From the NCBI GenBank assembly GCA_951406725.2, contig OX597817.1:65224001-65288000 (forward strand): a DNA stretch of 64,000 nucleotides, in the 5' to 3' direction. The DNA is from Octopus vulgaris. Its lineage: Eukaryota. Below, in pieces: positions 42,691 to 57,037 of the stretch. The position numbers and the translations under genes are program-made. Below the pieces are notes generated by a model, which ran no database searches, was not told the origin of the DNA, and saw only the letters and a program-made list of their open reading frames with translations. Positions within the stretch are counted from its first letter, which is position 1; the number at the start of each line of letters is the position of its first letter.

Positions 42691-42886
42691 GATCAGGGAA
42701 GGGGGAATGTTGGCCTACTTACAAGCAAGTGGGGGCGGCGTCATTCGAAAGTTAAAATGATGCAAAGTGTATCATTTTATCATTTAGTTGTACGTTTCCA
42801 CAGTTCCGAGTGCAATTTGTAAATGCAGTTATTGTATGTGTGTGTGTGTGTGTAATATATTATATATGCATATCTATCTATCTATC

Positions 42887-42960
<74 letters not shown>

Positions 42961-44892
42961 ATTAATACATATATGTTCGCATAACCTAGGGATAGTAACG
43001 AAGCCTCTCTCAAATTACCGCACCTCCATGAAATCTTTGCTCATATCTTAGCTCAGTGAATGATTGCCTGGAGTTATGTCACTACTACTACAGCCAACAA
43101 CTATAACAACCCAACGACGACGACGAAGACACCCCACCACTTCTACCACTACCAAGAGAGCATAGCAACATTTTGGTAGGATACGTGTTGCTCTAGAATG
43201 AGCCATAAGTATTGTGTGAATAAAACTTGCAATAAAGTGCTATAAAATAAGTTACAAAATATTGGTGTGAAGTCTCTGATGGTATTAGAGAACGATGCTG
43301 TAGTTGTTTAGTCCGAGGTTAACACTGAATGAATTCCAGCCGTGGCCATCCATTCCTCTTTAGTAGTCAGGGATACATTATTCAAGGTGTTTTTTCCTCT
43401 TCTGAGACAGTAGGATATGATAAGATTAGTCACGACATCTAGCAGGTGGAGTGATTACATTGAGGACCATCCTTTGTTGATATAAAGTTGGAAGATTGAA
43501 ATACAGAAGTCAAAGTCAGTTAGTCTTGCTTCCTTGTACCTGCTTACCCTCTAAATTTAACTATCCTGTCTTTAAAGCTCTTTTGCAACAACTTGTTACT
43601 CATCATTTTTATAATTTCAAAGCTTCCTTCCTTTCACATAAATTGGAATTGCCAAGACGGAAACGATGTAAAAATCGGTCGCATTTGTTTTCGCTTTTCC
43701 TGTACATTTGTATTTTCCCCTCTATGTAGACTTTTTTTCTAACTCTCTCTACATATATTTATTCCCCACTCCGCGTCAGTCTCTTATTTCTCATCTGTCC
43801 TATTTCTTGACCCCACCTGCTTCCTATTTCCAGTTAATTCTTCTCTGTTCGTCCACAGAGTTGCTTCTCATAGCTTCTGTATGGTTACTGTTGTTCCCTC
43901 TGCTTTCGACTAATCTAATTCTCTACACTCTGTTTCTACTATTTATCTATTTTCCTCTCACTACTCCCGGTGTGCTTCTGCGTGTATTTCAGTTCGTTTT
44001 GTTTCCATGCCTTTGTAAACTCTATTTTCACTAGACCCCGTTTGACTGTCATCTCTCTTTCAGCCCCATCTCAGGCAATTTTTATAATTATGTATCCTTC
44101 TCTAGATATTCAGCATCAAGACTCCTAGTTTTAAACCCACCACCTCTTTTTCTCTTGCTCTCATCATCACAACTAACATACCACCACTAAACCGCCACCA
44201 ATACCAAGAATACCAGTACGCAATCACCAACACCACCAACAATAATATATTACCATATCACTACACCATCGCCAACAGACCACGAAAACCAACCACTGCG
44301 ACAACACCATCATTACAACTAGAATCACCACAACCACCATAGCTACTATCAAACAACCACTCCATCACCCAACATTCCACAACTACCCTACTATCCCACA
44401 ACCAATCTCAGGGATGGAGTGAGTAGCTCTTGCCAAAATTGGAACCTACTGAGTTAATTTTTTTCTTTTAGAGAGGAGAAGGGGCGCTCAACCGTTAACC
44501 ACAAACCCTCATTGGTCCTTCGAACCCCGGAGCCACGCACCGGTTGACTCCCCATCTCATAGACCCTGTTTCCACCACACCGCCAATCCACTGAATACAT
44601 AACACATAACAACCACCAAACAACCACAATTACGATTACTAATATTTTCAGACAGCTTCCCTATTACCTCTACGATTCATCTCTACTCCTCGTTCATCGA
44701 GCCAATGAAGGAGAACTCTATGCTGTGTCTCAGTTTGCTAGAAATAACAATCAACTCCTTCCTCAATTAACTATCGTAGTAAAGAAGGTTCAGAAATTTA
44801 GGTCTATATACAGCGTTTAGAAAATGAGACTGGATAAGTAACGAGTGGAGCATCTTGATAATATGTGTTCAGTCTGTTCTGGTCTGAGGCAA

Positions 44893-45295
44893 AACAACAA
44901 CAACAACAACATCATCATCATTATCATCATCATCATCATCATCATCACCACCACCACCACCAACGACGACGACGACGACGACGACAACAACAACAACAGT
45001 AACTGCAACAACGACAACAATGACAACAAACTCCTTTTTGTTTCACTGCCTTCTTTCAGTCAACGTGTTAGAAATATCAGCCAAATCGTTTTCAAATCAA
45101 ATCCTGCCATGATTAAAGATGAGGCACATTAGATAATGTAGTCCAGGATATATTACATCTGACAAAAGGAAAAACAAATAAATCCGAATGTAACGGTGAA
45201 GGTTGGATTGGGGCTAAACAACAAAAACATCAACGACAGCAGTACCCGCCTCCTCCTCCTCCTCCTCCTCCTCCTCCTCCTCCTCCTCCTCCTCC

Positions 45296-45370
<75 letters not shown>

Positions 45371-45385
45371 GCGGCGGCAGCAACA
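44893..45385. repeat. Two compound trinucleotide ladders
   Basis: AAC-ATC-ACC-AAC-GAC-AAC and CTC-ATC-AGC-GGC. Confidence 0.92.
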
Positions 45386-45925
45386 ATAGATAGTACTAGA
45401 AATTTTATCTCATAATCTGATGATTATGAGAAATTTTTTGGGGAGAAGTTGGGATGCTGGGTTTACGCTGAACCAAAAGATGTCTTTGTTAATTAGCGTT
45501 TCCGATTTGGCACCGGATGGCAACAGAATTCTTTATAATGCGGAAGCAAACTGGCAATGAAAATCACATTTTCATGTTGAGGTCATTTTCTTTTATCCTT
45601 TAGGAAAGGGGTGAGACACAGCTTAGAGAATTTGTTCACAAACACACGGTCTATACTGAAACTACTACTGAAAAATCTTCCTCATTTTCCCGAAATATCT
45701 GTTATATCAAATACAATTGCTTTGTTTTGTAGTGACAAATTGTTTATATTTTCTTTTAATGCAAGATTATATCGGTGCTTTATTTATTTATTTTTTTGAT
45801 TTTCTTAAAGCTAAAGTCCTGATCAAAACGCACTTCATCATTTGCAAACACTTCAGCTCAAGTTAAAAGCAATTAAATTTATCTATGTAGTTTAAACCAA
45901 AATACATAAAAGCAAATAGACAAAT

Positions 45926-46113
45926 CCTTTCTATTATAGGCACAAGGCCTGAAATTTGGGGGAGGGTTATAGTCGATTACATCGACTCCAGTATGCAACT
46001 GGTACTTAATTTATCGACCCCGAAAGGATGAAAGGCAAAGTCGACCTCGACGGAATTTGAACTCAGAACGTAGCGACGGGCGAAATACTGCGTGCAAACG
46101 ATTCTGCCAGCTC
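45926..46113 (-). mobile_element. SINE family A with 14-bp target-site duplication
   Basis: GCAAATAGACAAAT at 45912-45925 and 46114-46127. Confidence 0.92.
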
Positions 46114-46274
46114 GCAAATAGACAAATAAACAAACACTATGGATGGAATATTGCCAACATATTTATAAAAGATTGTAAACCTTTAAAAATCATGTGCATA
46201 TAACACAGCGAGAGCTAGTATAAAAATGATTGCAAACCTCCAGCCACTGTTTGCAGAAGACTGTCGACTTCTAG

Positions 46275-46317
46275 AGAATTGTGAATTTGGTAGACGGAAA
46301 CTGAAAGAAGCCCGTCG

Positions 46318-46356
<39 letters not shown>

Positions 46357-46562
46357 ATGTGCGTCTTTGTGTCTATGAAGGTCCCCACCACCGCTTGACA
46401 GTATGTGTTTACGTCTTCGTAATTTAGCAGTTCAGCAAAAGAGACCGACAGAATAAGTACTAGGCTTTAAAAAATAAGTCCTGAGGTTAATTTGTTTGAC
46501 TAAAACACTTCAAGGTGATGGCCCAGCATGGCTGCAGTCAAATGACTGAAATATGGAAAAGA
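46275..46562 (+). mobile_element. 5'-truncated SINE family B
   Basis: TTTGGTAGACGGAAACTGAAAGAAGCCCGTCG, (TG)n, then the family B tail. Confidence 0.85.
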
Positions 46563-46618
46563 TAAGCAAAATTTCAGCGTCGCCGTAAAAAGTAAATAAC
46601 TGACTATTTTTATTTGCA

Positions 46619-46991
46619 TCTCTCTATATATAAACGGCAGTTTGTCTGTGTGTGTTTCTGTGTGTCTGTTAGGTTGTACCCTCACCCTGACCACGGCTTT
46701 CAACCGATTCTGATGAAACTTGAACACACACATAGCCCAATATCATAATTCAAAACTAACGCAGCGAAAATTTTGAAAAGTTCCCCCAGTTCTGAAAAAA
46801 ATCGATAAATTCGACATGGGGTCGAGAATCAGAAACACAAACCACAGACTGTCTAGGGGACGCAACTCGACCTTTTTAACTAAAAAAAAAATTTGCCGTC
46901 ATTTTTTTCCCATTTTTTGGCTATAACTCTCTAAAAATGCTTTATAGTTATTTCCCTTACAAACCCGAGCAACGCCGGGCGATACTGCTAG
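46619..46991 (+). mobile_element. Non-autonomous Helitron
   Basis: Begins TC after a host A; subterminal hairpin CCCGAGCAACGCCGGG (46964-46979); ends CTAG followed by T; no TSD. Confidence 0.85.
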
Positions 46992-47475
46992 TACACCATA
47001 AATAGCGAAATGCTGCCGATGTTTCTGTGGACAGATATATGGCGCATATTCTTTCTCTGAAGAAGGTCTATGAACACTAAAAACAATTCACATCAGTCGT
47101 ATTACTGCTTACGGAGACACAAAAAATTCTGGTTGTTTACGTTGTTTACTTTTCAAACCGAGATTTAAATTGTATGTTTATTATTAAATGCAAAAGCTAT
47201 AATACCTTACATTTCAAATCGTCAAATAAACAAATAAATGAAATAGATTTAAATGAAATAGAAATAAAATTCTGTGTAGTCCACTAAAGGATTAATAGTC
47301 TAGGCACGGCGGTATGAGTCATGATATTTACGCAAGATGGCTTGAGTCTGTTGTGTTTGGTCTAGAGTAAATCATGAATTTTGATGGAAGAGAGAGAAGA
47401 GTAAACAGAAACAGAAGGAAGATGTGAGAACAAAAAGAAATAGATGAAAAAGTAGGATAGAGAATGGAAGGAGAC

Positions 47476-47544
<69 letters not shown>

Positions 47545-47668
47545 ATGTAAGGGAGGGGAAATAAGTATTCTGACAAGAGGAGTACGTGGTTCAGAGAAAG
47601 AGATGTAGAAAATGGACATTAACAGGGTGTGAAACTAACTATAAGATATGAGAATATGTATGTGTGCG

Positions 47669-47718
<50 letters not shown>

Positions 47719-50030
47719 ATATGTGAAAATATATGACTATGATTTTAGATGTTTATGTATGTCTGTGAGGACGGGAGAGATAAATCTACACGAGAAACCT
47801 GCCTGTGGTAATGTGTGTGTGTGTTTGAGTGTGTGTGTATGTCTGTGTGTGTCTATGTGTGTATGTGAGTTGCTGTGGATATATATAGGTTCGTATATCT
47901 GTTTGCGTGTACGAGTCTATAATCGTGTATGTATGTATGTATGTATGTATGTATGTATGTATGTATGTATGTATGTATGTATGCATGAATGTATATATAT
48001 ATATATATGTGTATGTATGCATGTGGGTATACATGCATGCTTGTATGAATACATATAGGAACATATGTGTGAGTGTGTATGTTTGTGTGTGTGCGTGCGC
48101 GTGCAGGTGTGTGTGTGTGTGTGTGTGTGTGCGTGCAAGTGCGTATGTGTGTGTATGTGTGTTTGTGTTTGTGTATGTCGAACGCGCGTTACTCCGCATA
48201 AATCTGAATCTGTCGATATAGAATTGGACACTAATAAAACAATGTAATAACAACAGTTGCTACGGTTTTGCCGTGGTAGTAGTTGTTGTTGTCATGGAAG
48301 TAGTTGCAGTAGTAACTGTTATTATTGTTGCTGTTATTGTAGTAGTTTTAGCAACGGTTCTTGTCACTGCTGGTTCTACAATGGTTATTTTAGTGGGGTT
48401 GGGCATCATTATCACTGTTGGTTCTGTCGTTATTGTTGATGCTTCAGTCCTAGATGAAGAGGTCGACGGTACTCCAGCCTTCCCTATCTTATGTTTATTT
48501 AGGACAGTTTAATCCAATGTGAAAAAAGACTTGGGTCTGATTTAAGACCAATTTGATAGTTATTTCTAGCAGGTCAACTGACTACAGAGAGAGAGAGAGA
48601 GAGAGACCTTCCTCTGTTGTACCAATCGTTTCAGTGGATAGAAGTAATCGTAATGGTCACATCTTGGATCTATATTATCAGTGGTCACTTGCAATTACGC
48701 ATGATATCACTTTAACGTTGGTTGTTGGGGGAAGGTTTAGGAAATTATACTAACAATGGTGTCGAATACATACATACATACATACATACATACATACATA
48801 CATACATACATACATACATACACATACATACACATACATACATACATACATAATGCATACATACATACATACAAACATACATACATACATACATATATAC
48901 AAATACATGTATAAGCGTGTGAATATATGTGTAGTATAATTGTGCGTGTGTATGGTTGTGTGTATGATTATGTGTTTGTATTTCTGTGTATTTCTGTTTG
49001 AGATTCTGGTAGAGCTTTTCCTTCATACGTGTTTGATTAAATATAAATCTGAAGAGTTTATAGACCAACGTAATGTTGAGTTGTTCCTGTCAGTTAAACG
49101 GCTTGGTTGAACAGTTTGTTATATTTTTGCCTGTGTGTGTGTGAAAGAGTGCGCCTGTGTTTCCCTCTATAATTATGTGTGTGTGCGCGTGAGTGAGTGT
49201 GTGCTTTGTGTATATAAGTGTGTGTGTGTGTGTATTTCTGTGTGCCATTATGACACTTGTCTTAATTTACGCATGTTTGGTTTCTGTGTACTTCCGGAGA
49301 GGCTATAGAACAGTTTGTATTGATAGAACAACGTAGCAAGTGGGTTATATAGTGACTAAACTAGCTCAGTTTATATCTTAATTTTGCTCTCTGATGGTGG
49401 CTTCTTTTTTTTCCCACTCTCAGAAGCAAGAAACGTATAGTTAACTTCTTGTTCCATTTCAGAAAATAAGGATCTATAAAAAGGGTCCACGAAGCGTCAA
49501 GTGAAATAAATATTACTAATAACTAGTAATGTCAGTGTAGTTAGTTCTGTCGATTAGATCACACTGTAAAGAAGTTATACTTGTACCTAGACAACACACA
49601 CACAACTAAACATGTTAACATATATAGCATCAGAATAGATTCTTTACTTGGCAATAAGTGATCGTGTCCCTCTGGTCGGCTATTCTGAGATTACGCATAA
49701 CTAGATTTAATTAAATATTAAGATAACTTGACGGCATGCTTTATAGAATCTAATTTAATATCTGCTGATTCATAGTCTAAGTTAAAATCTCGTTTGTCTT
49801 AAACTTGTTTTTCATCAAATCGAATAGCTAATACTAGTAAAACACCAAGGGTGGCAATATAGCATATCCTGCAAAATGTTGTACTATGCTTGAAATGAAA
49901 TCCTCACATTTTATACCCAAGAAAGGAAACTATATATTTGTTCTTTTGTCAAAGGAAAGTAATCCTCCAATTTCATATTATCTCATATTTTGTCCGTGTT
50001 CAAAGAAAGAAGGAATCTTTCAAAACTCGA

Positions 50031-50140
<110 letters not shown>

Positions 50141-50145
50141 CCTAC

Positions 50146-50217
<72 letters not shown>

Positions 50218-50956
50218 ATTTCTAACGTTATGGGCACCACCAAATTGAATGGTACGGCTTAGGTGCTGAAACCACAGTGATAACTGTTTGGGGAGCTGAA
50301 GATGGGAGTACACATATGTCATGCTCGATTGTGAATTTTGTATATATTAGGTTTGTTATTCTGAGTTGCTACTCATCCTTGAAGAATGGAAAGTGTTTAC
50401 GGTTTCATAGTTTGTGAGGATCGCTTATTTTGATATTGTTTGGTTTTCTTCATCGGTAACCTATTTCCGCTTAGATAGTACTTAGATATTGGTGTCTAGC
50501 TTTGGGAGGTTCTGTGACACACACATACGCACACGCACGCACGCGCACGCACGCACACACACACACACACACACACACGCTCACACACACGAACTAATAG
50601 AGAGCTGAACTGGAATGCTTCAGGGCCATTGTTGTTGCTATTTGGGCTCTGGTTATCTCGGATTAAGTAGATCTATAATCATTGAACAACCTATCTTTAT
50701 GTAAATCAGCGACTTGTTGCAGTCAGCTGGATGTGAGTAACGGAAACGATATTGCTGTTTCTAGCAGGTCGATAGAACACAGAGAAATACCATCATTGTT
50801 TTTGGATAATATTCAGCATAGAGATGAAGCGTAAAATTCCCTTAATCTTGAGAATAAAAGATTTCACTCTTCGCTACAGTATTAGCTACCTACTTATTAA
50901 TACAAATCTATCAGTCTGGCAATGGGATCGGTGGATGTCCAACTTTTACAATATAT

Positions 50957-51183
50957 ATTTCTTTACTGCCCACAAGGGGCTAAACACAGAGAGGACAAAC
51001 AAGGACAGACAAAGTGATTAAGTCAATTATATCGACCCTAGTGCGAAACTGGTACTTTATTTAATCGACCCCGAAAGGATGAAAGGCAAAGTCGACCTCG
51101 GCGGAATTTGAACTCAGAACGTAACGGCAGACGAAATACGGCTAAGCATTTCGCCCGACGCGCTGACGTTTCTGCCAGCTCGC
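50957..51183 (-). mobile_element. SINE family A, well preserved, tail type 1
   Basis: Close reverse-complement match to 18557-18792. Confidence 0.92.
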
Positions 51184-51186
51184 AGC

Positions 51187-51347
51187 AGGGAAGTGTGACG
51201 AGGTTCTCGGGGAGATACTGGGTCTCGACCTAAACAAACTGACTTGGCTAGTTATCTGGACAGTTATTTGGTAACAAGACTGAAACGTATAAGGACATTC
51301 CTCTTTGGTAGATACTTTACCAAATTTCATTTACAATGGAAAGTGAG

Positions 51348-51428
<81 letters not shown>

Positions 51429-51753
51429 CGTGCTGTCCCCGAGCGAATTTATAGGAAGGTGGTTGGAAGTAGCAAAAATGGTAAGAGTGGATGGCGCCGC
51501 TCTGTATATTGGGGTGGGCACTTGCACTTGGTTTTCGGGGACATCTTGGATAGTGGGGAAGGTACCTCAATTGGTCATAGAGTTCCTCTTCTATCAGGAA
51601 GATGACATTATCACACATTTTTTACTATGTACACTTCTTTCAGTTTTACTATGCACCATATATACACCTTTCATTCTATGTAAGGCCCAGCGGCTTATGT
51701 CTCTCTTTTTGTTACCCCCTCATCCGTCACCCCAAAGATAAATAAAATAAATC
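51187..51753 (+). mobile_element. L1-Tx1-like LINE 3' end with internal (GA)n expansion
   Basis: FHLQWKVRA(ER)n..VLSPSEFIGRWLEVAKMVRVDG; 3' UTR ends ATAAATAAAATAAA. Confidence 0.55.
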
Positions 51754-52017
51754 ATCGTCGTCATCGTCATCATCATCATTGTCGTCGTCGTCGCCTTCGC
51801 CTTTGTCGACGTCGCCACGGCTGTTGTTCTTTTTGTTTTAAATCTTCATATGCTATGCATATGTCCCTTCGTTTTCAGTGTATACTGTGTATACTTAATT
51901 ACTTTCCTTTTTTTATTCATTTCATTATATGTAAATCTCCGCATTTTATGTCTTTCTTTGCATTGTCCCCACATCCTTCACCCTTGTAGCAAATAAATGA
52001 AATCATTATCATCATCG

Positions 52018-52088
<71 letters not shown>

Positions 52089-52551
52089 GTCGTCGTCGTC
52101 GTTGTTGTTTCCATGTTTTCATTGTTAGCAATACATTTACTAAAGATTCAATTTTCAAGAACCACTTGTTTAGCACATGACTTGATTACTTACTCATACA
52201 CGCACACATGCTCACACACACAAACACAAACACACACAAATACAAACACACACACACACACTCCCGCCACACTCCCCCTACACAGACAAATTCACATAAA
52301 TATATAACAACCGTGCGTGTACATATGTGAGATACACGAAGATTGCAAGTAAATTGTGTAAGTGTGTGTGGGTAATTGTGTGCATGTATGTAATTGCTTA
52401 CATAAATACATACTTACGCATACACACCTATTTATATATATATATATATGTACGCATTTCATTTAGTGCGTATATTTGTATGCATTGTATATATTTCAAG
52501 ATATAGGTGTAAACATCTGTATATTCATTTGTGTGCGTCTGTGTGTGTGTG

Positions 52552-52600
<49 letters not shown>

Positions 52601-52619
52601 CACGCATACATAAACACGC

Positions 52620-52668
<49 letters not shown>

Positions 52669-53165
52669 TGTATATATATATATATGCATGTATATATATA
52701 TATATGTATATATATATATGTATATATATGTATATTTATATATACATGTGTGTATATATATATGCATGTATACATGTGTGTATGCAGGTATGTATGTGTG
52801 TATGTATGTGTACGTACGTATTTATATATAAACACTTGTTATTCTATGCCAGCCTCTCAATGCTTATTTAAAGTAGTAGTATTTGTGTATGGTGGTGGTG
52901 GTGGTGGTTAGCGTAGATAATAACTGTTAGCTAATATAATTTGATTTTCCTCCCACTACACTCCTTACTCTCTCTACTCCTTTCTTGTCCCACCCACATG
53001 TAATTGTTTATTATTTTTTTTGTGTCTGAATTACTCGGCTATTGTTTATTTCAGTCACTGTTATTTCCTCACTTGTTTTCTTCCTCCCCTTCTTAATTAG
53101 TTCATCATCATCATCATCATCATCGTCATCGTCATCGTCATTGTCATCGTCATCATCATCACCAC

Positions 53166-53221
<56 letters not shown>

Positions 53222-54608
53222 GCGTCGTCGTCGTCGTCGTCTTCTTCTTCTTAACCAGTTTTTCCTTCTGTCGTGTGCGTAAGTGCATGCATATATGAAT
53301 ATTCATATACATACATACTGATGCATACATACATACACACATACACACACACACACACGTGTATGTGTATGCATATATAAAACACTTATAATACACATAT
53401 AATCCATACATACACATATGATATAATACTTATATACAATATATATACATATACATACTTACATATATGTGTGTGTGTGTGTGTATGTGTGTGTGCGTGT
53501 GCATATTTACAGATGCCAAATGGCTATGCGTATAAGATATGAACATTAACAAGACTTTAAGTTGTCAGCTCAACACTGCTGCAGGCATTTCATTGTATTT
53601 GTGGGCAGACCATCACGTTGTTGTTCTCCATCACATCGTAACTATGCACAGAATTTTCAATGGAAAGGTCAATAGCGCCTTTCCCACATTGGTACATGAT
53701 CACTTTGACCACCAAATTGAGATACATTCGAAAATGTTATATCGTGAATTAACAGCTAATATTTTGCATAAAGCTTTGTTTTACTTGTTATAGATTGTGA
53801 CAGATTATACTTGAGTTATGGAATCTCTGGCGAAATATCATTGGCGAAATGAGCTGTTCTGGGGGTGTAGATCTGAGTTTATCCTTGTCGATGTTGGGTA
53901 TGCAAAGACTGCAGTTTACCGTGCTCTCGTTAAGCTTATATAGCTACGGATATTCTCCGTTAATTTCATAATACCTGGAGTGATCGCAAGGCTTTCTAGT
54001 AAGGTTTAAAACACTCTACTGAAGCAAATTCATTTACTTGTATAATCAAGTTTACAAAAAAGAAAAAAAAGAGCGTGGTATGTATAAATTGGACGACAGC
54101 TACAGTCGCTATGAAACGACATAGGCATGAAGTCATGTTCGCAGGAGTCGAATCCTTTTCACATCCATTTTCAAACTGTCAGTACTGAGGGAACCCTAAA
54201 TCTTCTCAATTTACAGCTGTACATGGAAAAGAAAGTGGGGAACTTTGTTGGCGAAATGAAATTTGTAGTCGATCAAGTAATCAGTTCTTACAATAGAATT
54301 TCAGGGTTAATGTTTTGTATTTCGAAAGTTACTGCTGTTAAGCAAAACAAAATCCAATCTAAGAAATGGTGTTTGGAGTCATTGCAAGTTCTTGTCCTCT
54401 GCTTCATCAGATTTGAATTCATGTGATTTCTGGATGCAGAGTGACATTGAAGAAAACTCAATGCAACTTTTCACAGTAAAGTCGCTACGCTAAAATCTGT
54501 ATGTGTGAAGACATTCATGTCTAAAAACATGAATTAGGATTTAAAAAGGCATGCTCAGATTTCTGCTTCCATATTCCATTGATTATAACAGTTATTGGAG
54601 GATATATT

Positions 54609-54685
<77 letters not shown>

Positions 54686-54694
54686 ACACACACA

Positions 54695-56242
54695 CATGCG
54701 AGATGTGGTTCTTTAAATATGAAGTGGAATTTAAAATAATACACACTACAGACAACCCCTTCATAAAAAAAACATAGCAAAATACGAAACACTACAGAAG
54801 CAATCAAACCATCAAACACAACACACCTAACCTACAAACACAACTCCCCCAGCCCATACCAAATATAATCAACTACAACCAAAGGAAAACCACACCCAAC
54901 CACAACAACACAAACATTCCCCAGAATTTCTTTCACAAATCCAAATCCAGAAATGACGTAAATCAACTTTGGAAGAGGTACACCCGGATTACTGAGGGCT
55001 ACATCAGGACTCTTAACAAAATATAACCATAACAAGTACTCTTATCGGAACCACAATCACTATAACATAAACACAATGGCCTTTGGAAGAGACTCAGACA
55101 TTCACCATAAAAAACGACCCTATAGATCTACTCAAACGAGACCGATAATAAATATCAACTAAACGCAAAGTAACTTTCCTTTTTTAGCAAAAAGACAGAA
55201 ATACCAGGACACACGCTACTCCACCTCCTCTACACGAGAAACCAAAAGTAATTAACCTTTCAAAATAACCATTAAGTGACACCCAAATAGAAATTCTATG
55301 TAAGGGACTGCAATAATTTACACCCTCACCACAAAGACCAAACATCCCCGAACTGAAAAACGACATTGCAGAATTCTGTCGAAAATTCAGGCTGGCCCAT
55401 TACTCTGTAAAGATGAGGATGAATCACTAGCCAGAAACAAAAGCAATTTTTGTCCAAATACAGGTTTAAATAAAGCACTAGATTCCTATTGCGAATACAT
55501 TATGAACTTTCCCTTTGAAAAAATTGAACATAGAAACATTAAATTAAACTTTACAAAGCATGAATGGAAGAACTTACAGACTTATAAGAAGATACGGATA
55601 TAACTATTAAAGAAGCCGATAAAGGAAATGCTGTCGGTATCATGGACACAAACTACTATAAAGACCTAGCACTTAAAATACTATAGAACAACTATTATGA
55701 AAAAGCAACCCACTACAAACAAGCAAAAATAAAGGTAAACCTTGCAACTCTTTCAAAGAAGTATAACAAAGGTTTAACCAGCAAAGAAATTGACAATATA
55801 TGCCACTTCAAATGCAAAGCGAGCATGTTTTATGATTTAACAAAAATCCGTAAATGCAAAAGGATAATTACATAATTACATAGGACAGGCGGGCGGATAG
55901 TTAGGTAAGAGAATGACGACTCATCGGCAGCAGATCCGAAACAAAAACACTAGGAAAATTCCTTTAAGTAGTCACATCGCAACCTGTGCAGGAATGGACT
56001 TACCCAATTTCAAAATCTTTCCTTTCTACAAGTGCTAAGATTTTTTTCAACCAACAACAAAGACTAATTAAAGTCAATTTATTAACAAATATAAACCACA
56101 ACTGAATATAGAACCAAGCACTATCAATCAATAAATAAGAGCTGACACATGAAAAAAAAAACTATTGATTCGGAAAATACTTTTCATCAGTTCTTAAAAC
56201 TTTTTTCCAATACATACATACATACATACATACATACATACA

Positions 56243-56327
<85 letters not shown>

Positions 56328-56358
56328 GTATATGTATGTATATATATATATATGTATG

Positions 56359-56401
<43 letters not shown>

Positions 56402-56432
56402 GTATGTATATATATATATATGTATGTATGTG

Positions 56433-56496
<64 letters not shown>

Positions 56497-56805
56497 CATA
56501 CACACACGCACGCACACAGCTGCACATAAAACCTATTCAATAAATGCTTTAAAGCCCCCACCCCTCGGTGGGAGCCCACAGAATTTTTTTTTAGACAATA
56601 GACAATTACAACATCTCTCTTTCTCTCTAACACATTGAACTCTATACCAAATTATTTACTAACAATTATTTAAAGAAGACTTTACGGAAAAACTCCGGAC
56701 ATATTCTAAACCCCAAACAGAAGACTGATACATACTGTCTTAACTTCCAATTCCAATTTTTTTATTAATATTTGATAAGATGAAATTCATCATCGAAACC
56801 GGTAA

Positions 56806-56852
<47 letters not shown>

Positions 56853-56971
56853 GTATATGTATACTTAAATCATTTTATTAATTTCTTTCTAAATTAAAAT
56901 GTCTTAAATTTACTTCTGTGCTGTTATTACGTCTATCTAACTTTGAATTGTATAGATCTCTAATCTTTTTC

Positions 56972-56975
<4 letters not shown>
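54695..56975 (+). mobile_element. Penelope-like element, pseudogenised and RT-deleted
   Basis: VINLSK*PLSDTQIEILCKGLQ*FTPSP...EFCRKFRL (PLE N-terminus); ITIKEADKGNAVGIMD; FYDLTKIRK (cf. FYGLPKIHK); YIGQAGG*LGKRMTTH (GIY-YIG); FINKYKPQLN; hammerhead relic near the 3' end. 5' boundary uncertain. Confidence 0.88.
56769..56807 (+). ncRNA. Degenerate hammerhead motif at the PLE 3' end
   Basis: TAT-TTGATAA-GATG-AAATTCAT-CATC-GAAAC-CG-GTA-ATA: two core substitutions, palindromic ACCGGT stem III. Probably inactive. Confidence 0.55.

Positions 56976-57034
<59 letters not shown>

Positions 57035-57037
<3 letters not shown>

Noticed and set aside
47055-47090. CTGAAGAAGG...AAAAC hammerhead-like relic
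   Set aside because: GAAAC and stems not preserved.
49388-49440. CTGATGG..GCTTC...GAAGC..GAAACGTA hammerhead-like relic
   Set aside because: Core and stem I defective and no adjacent (TA)n; possible old PLE end but not supportable.
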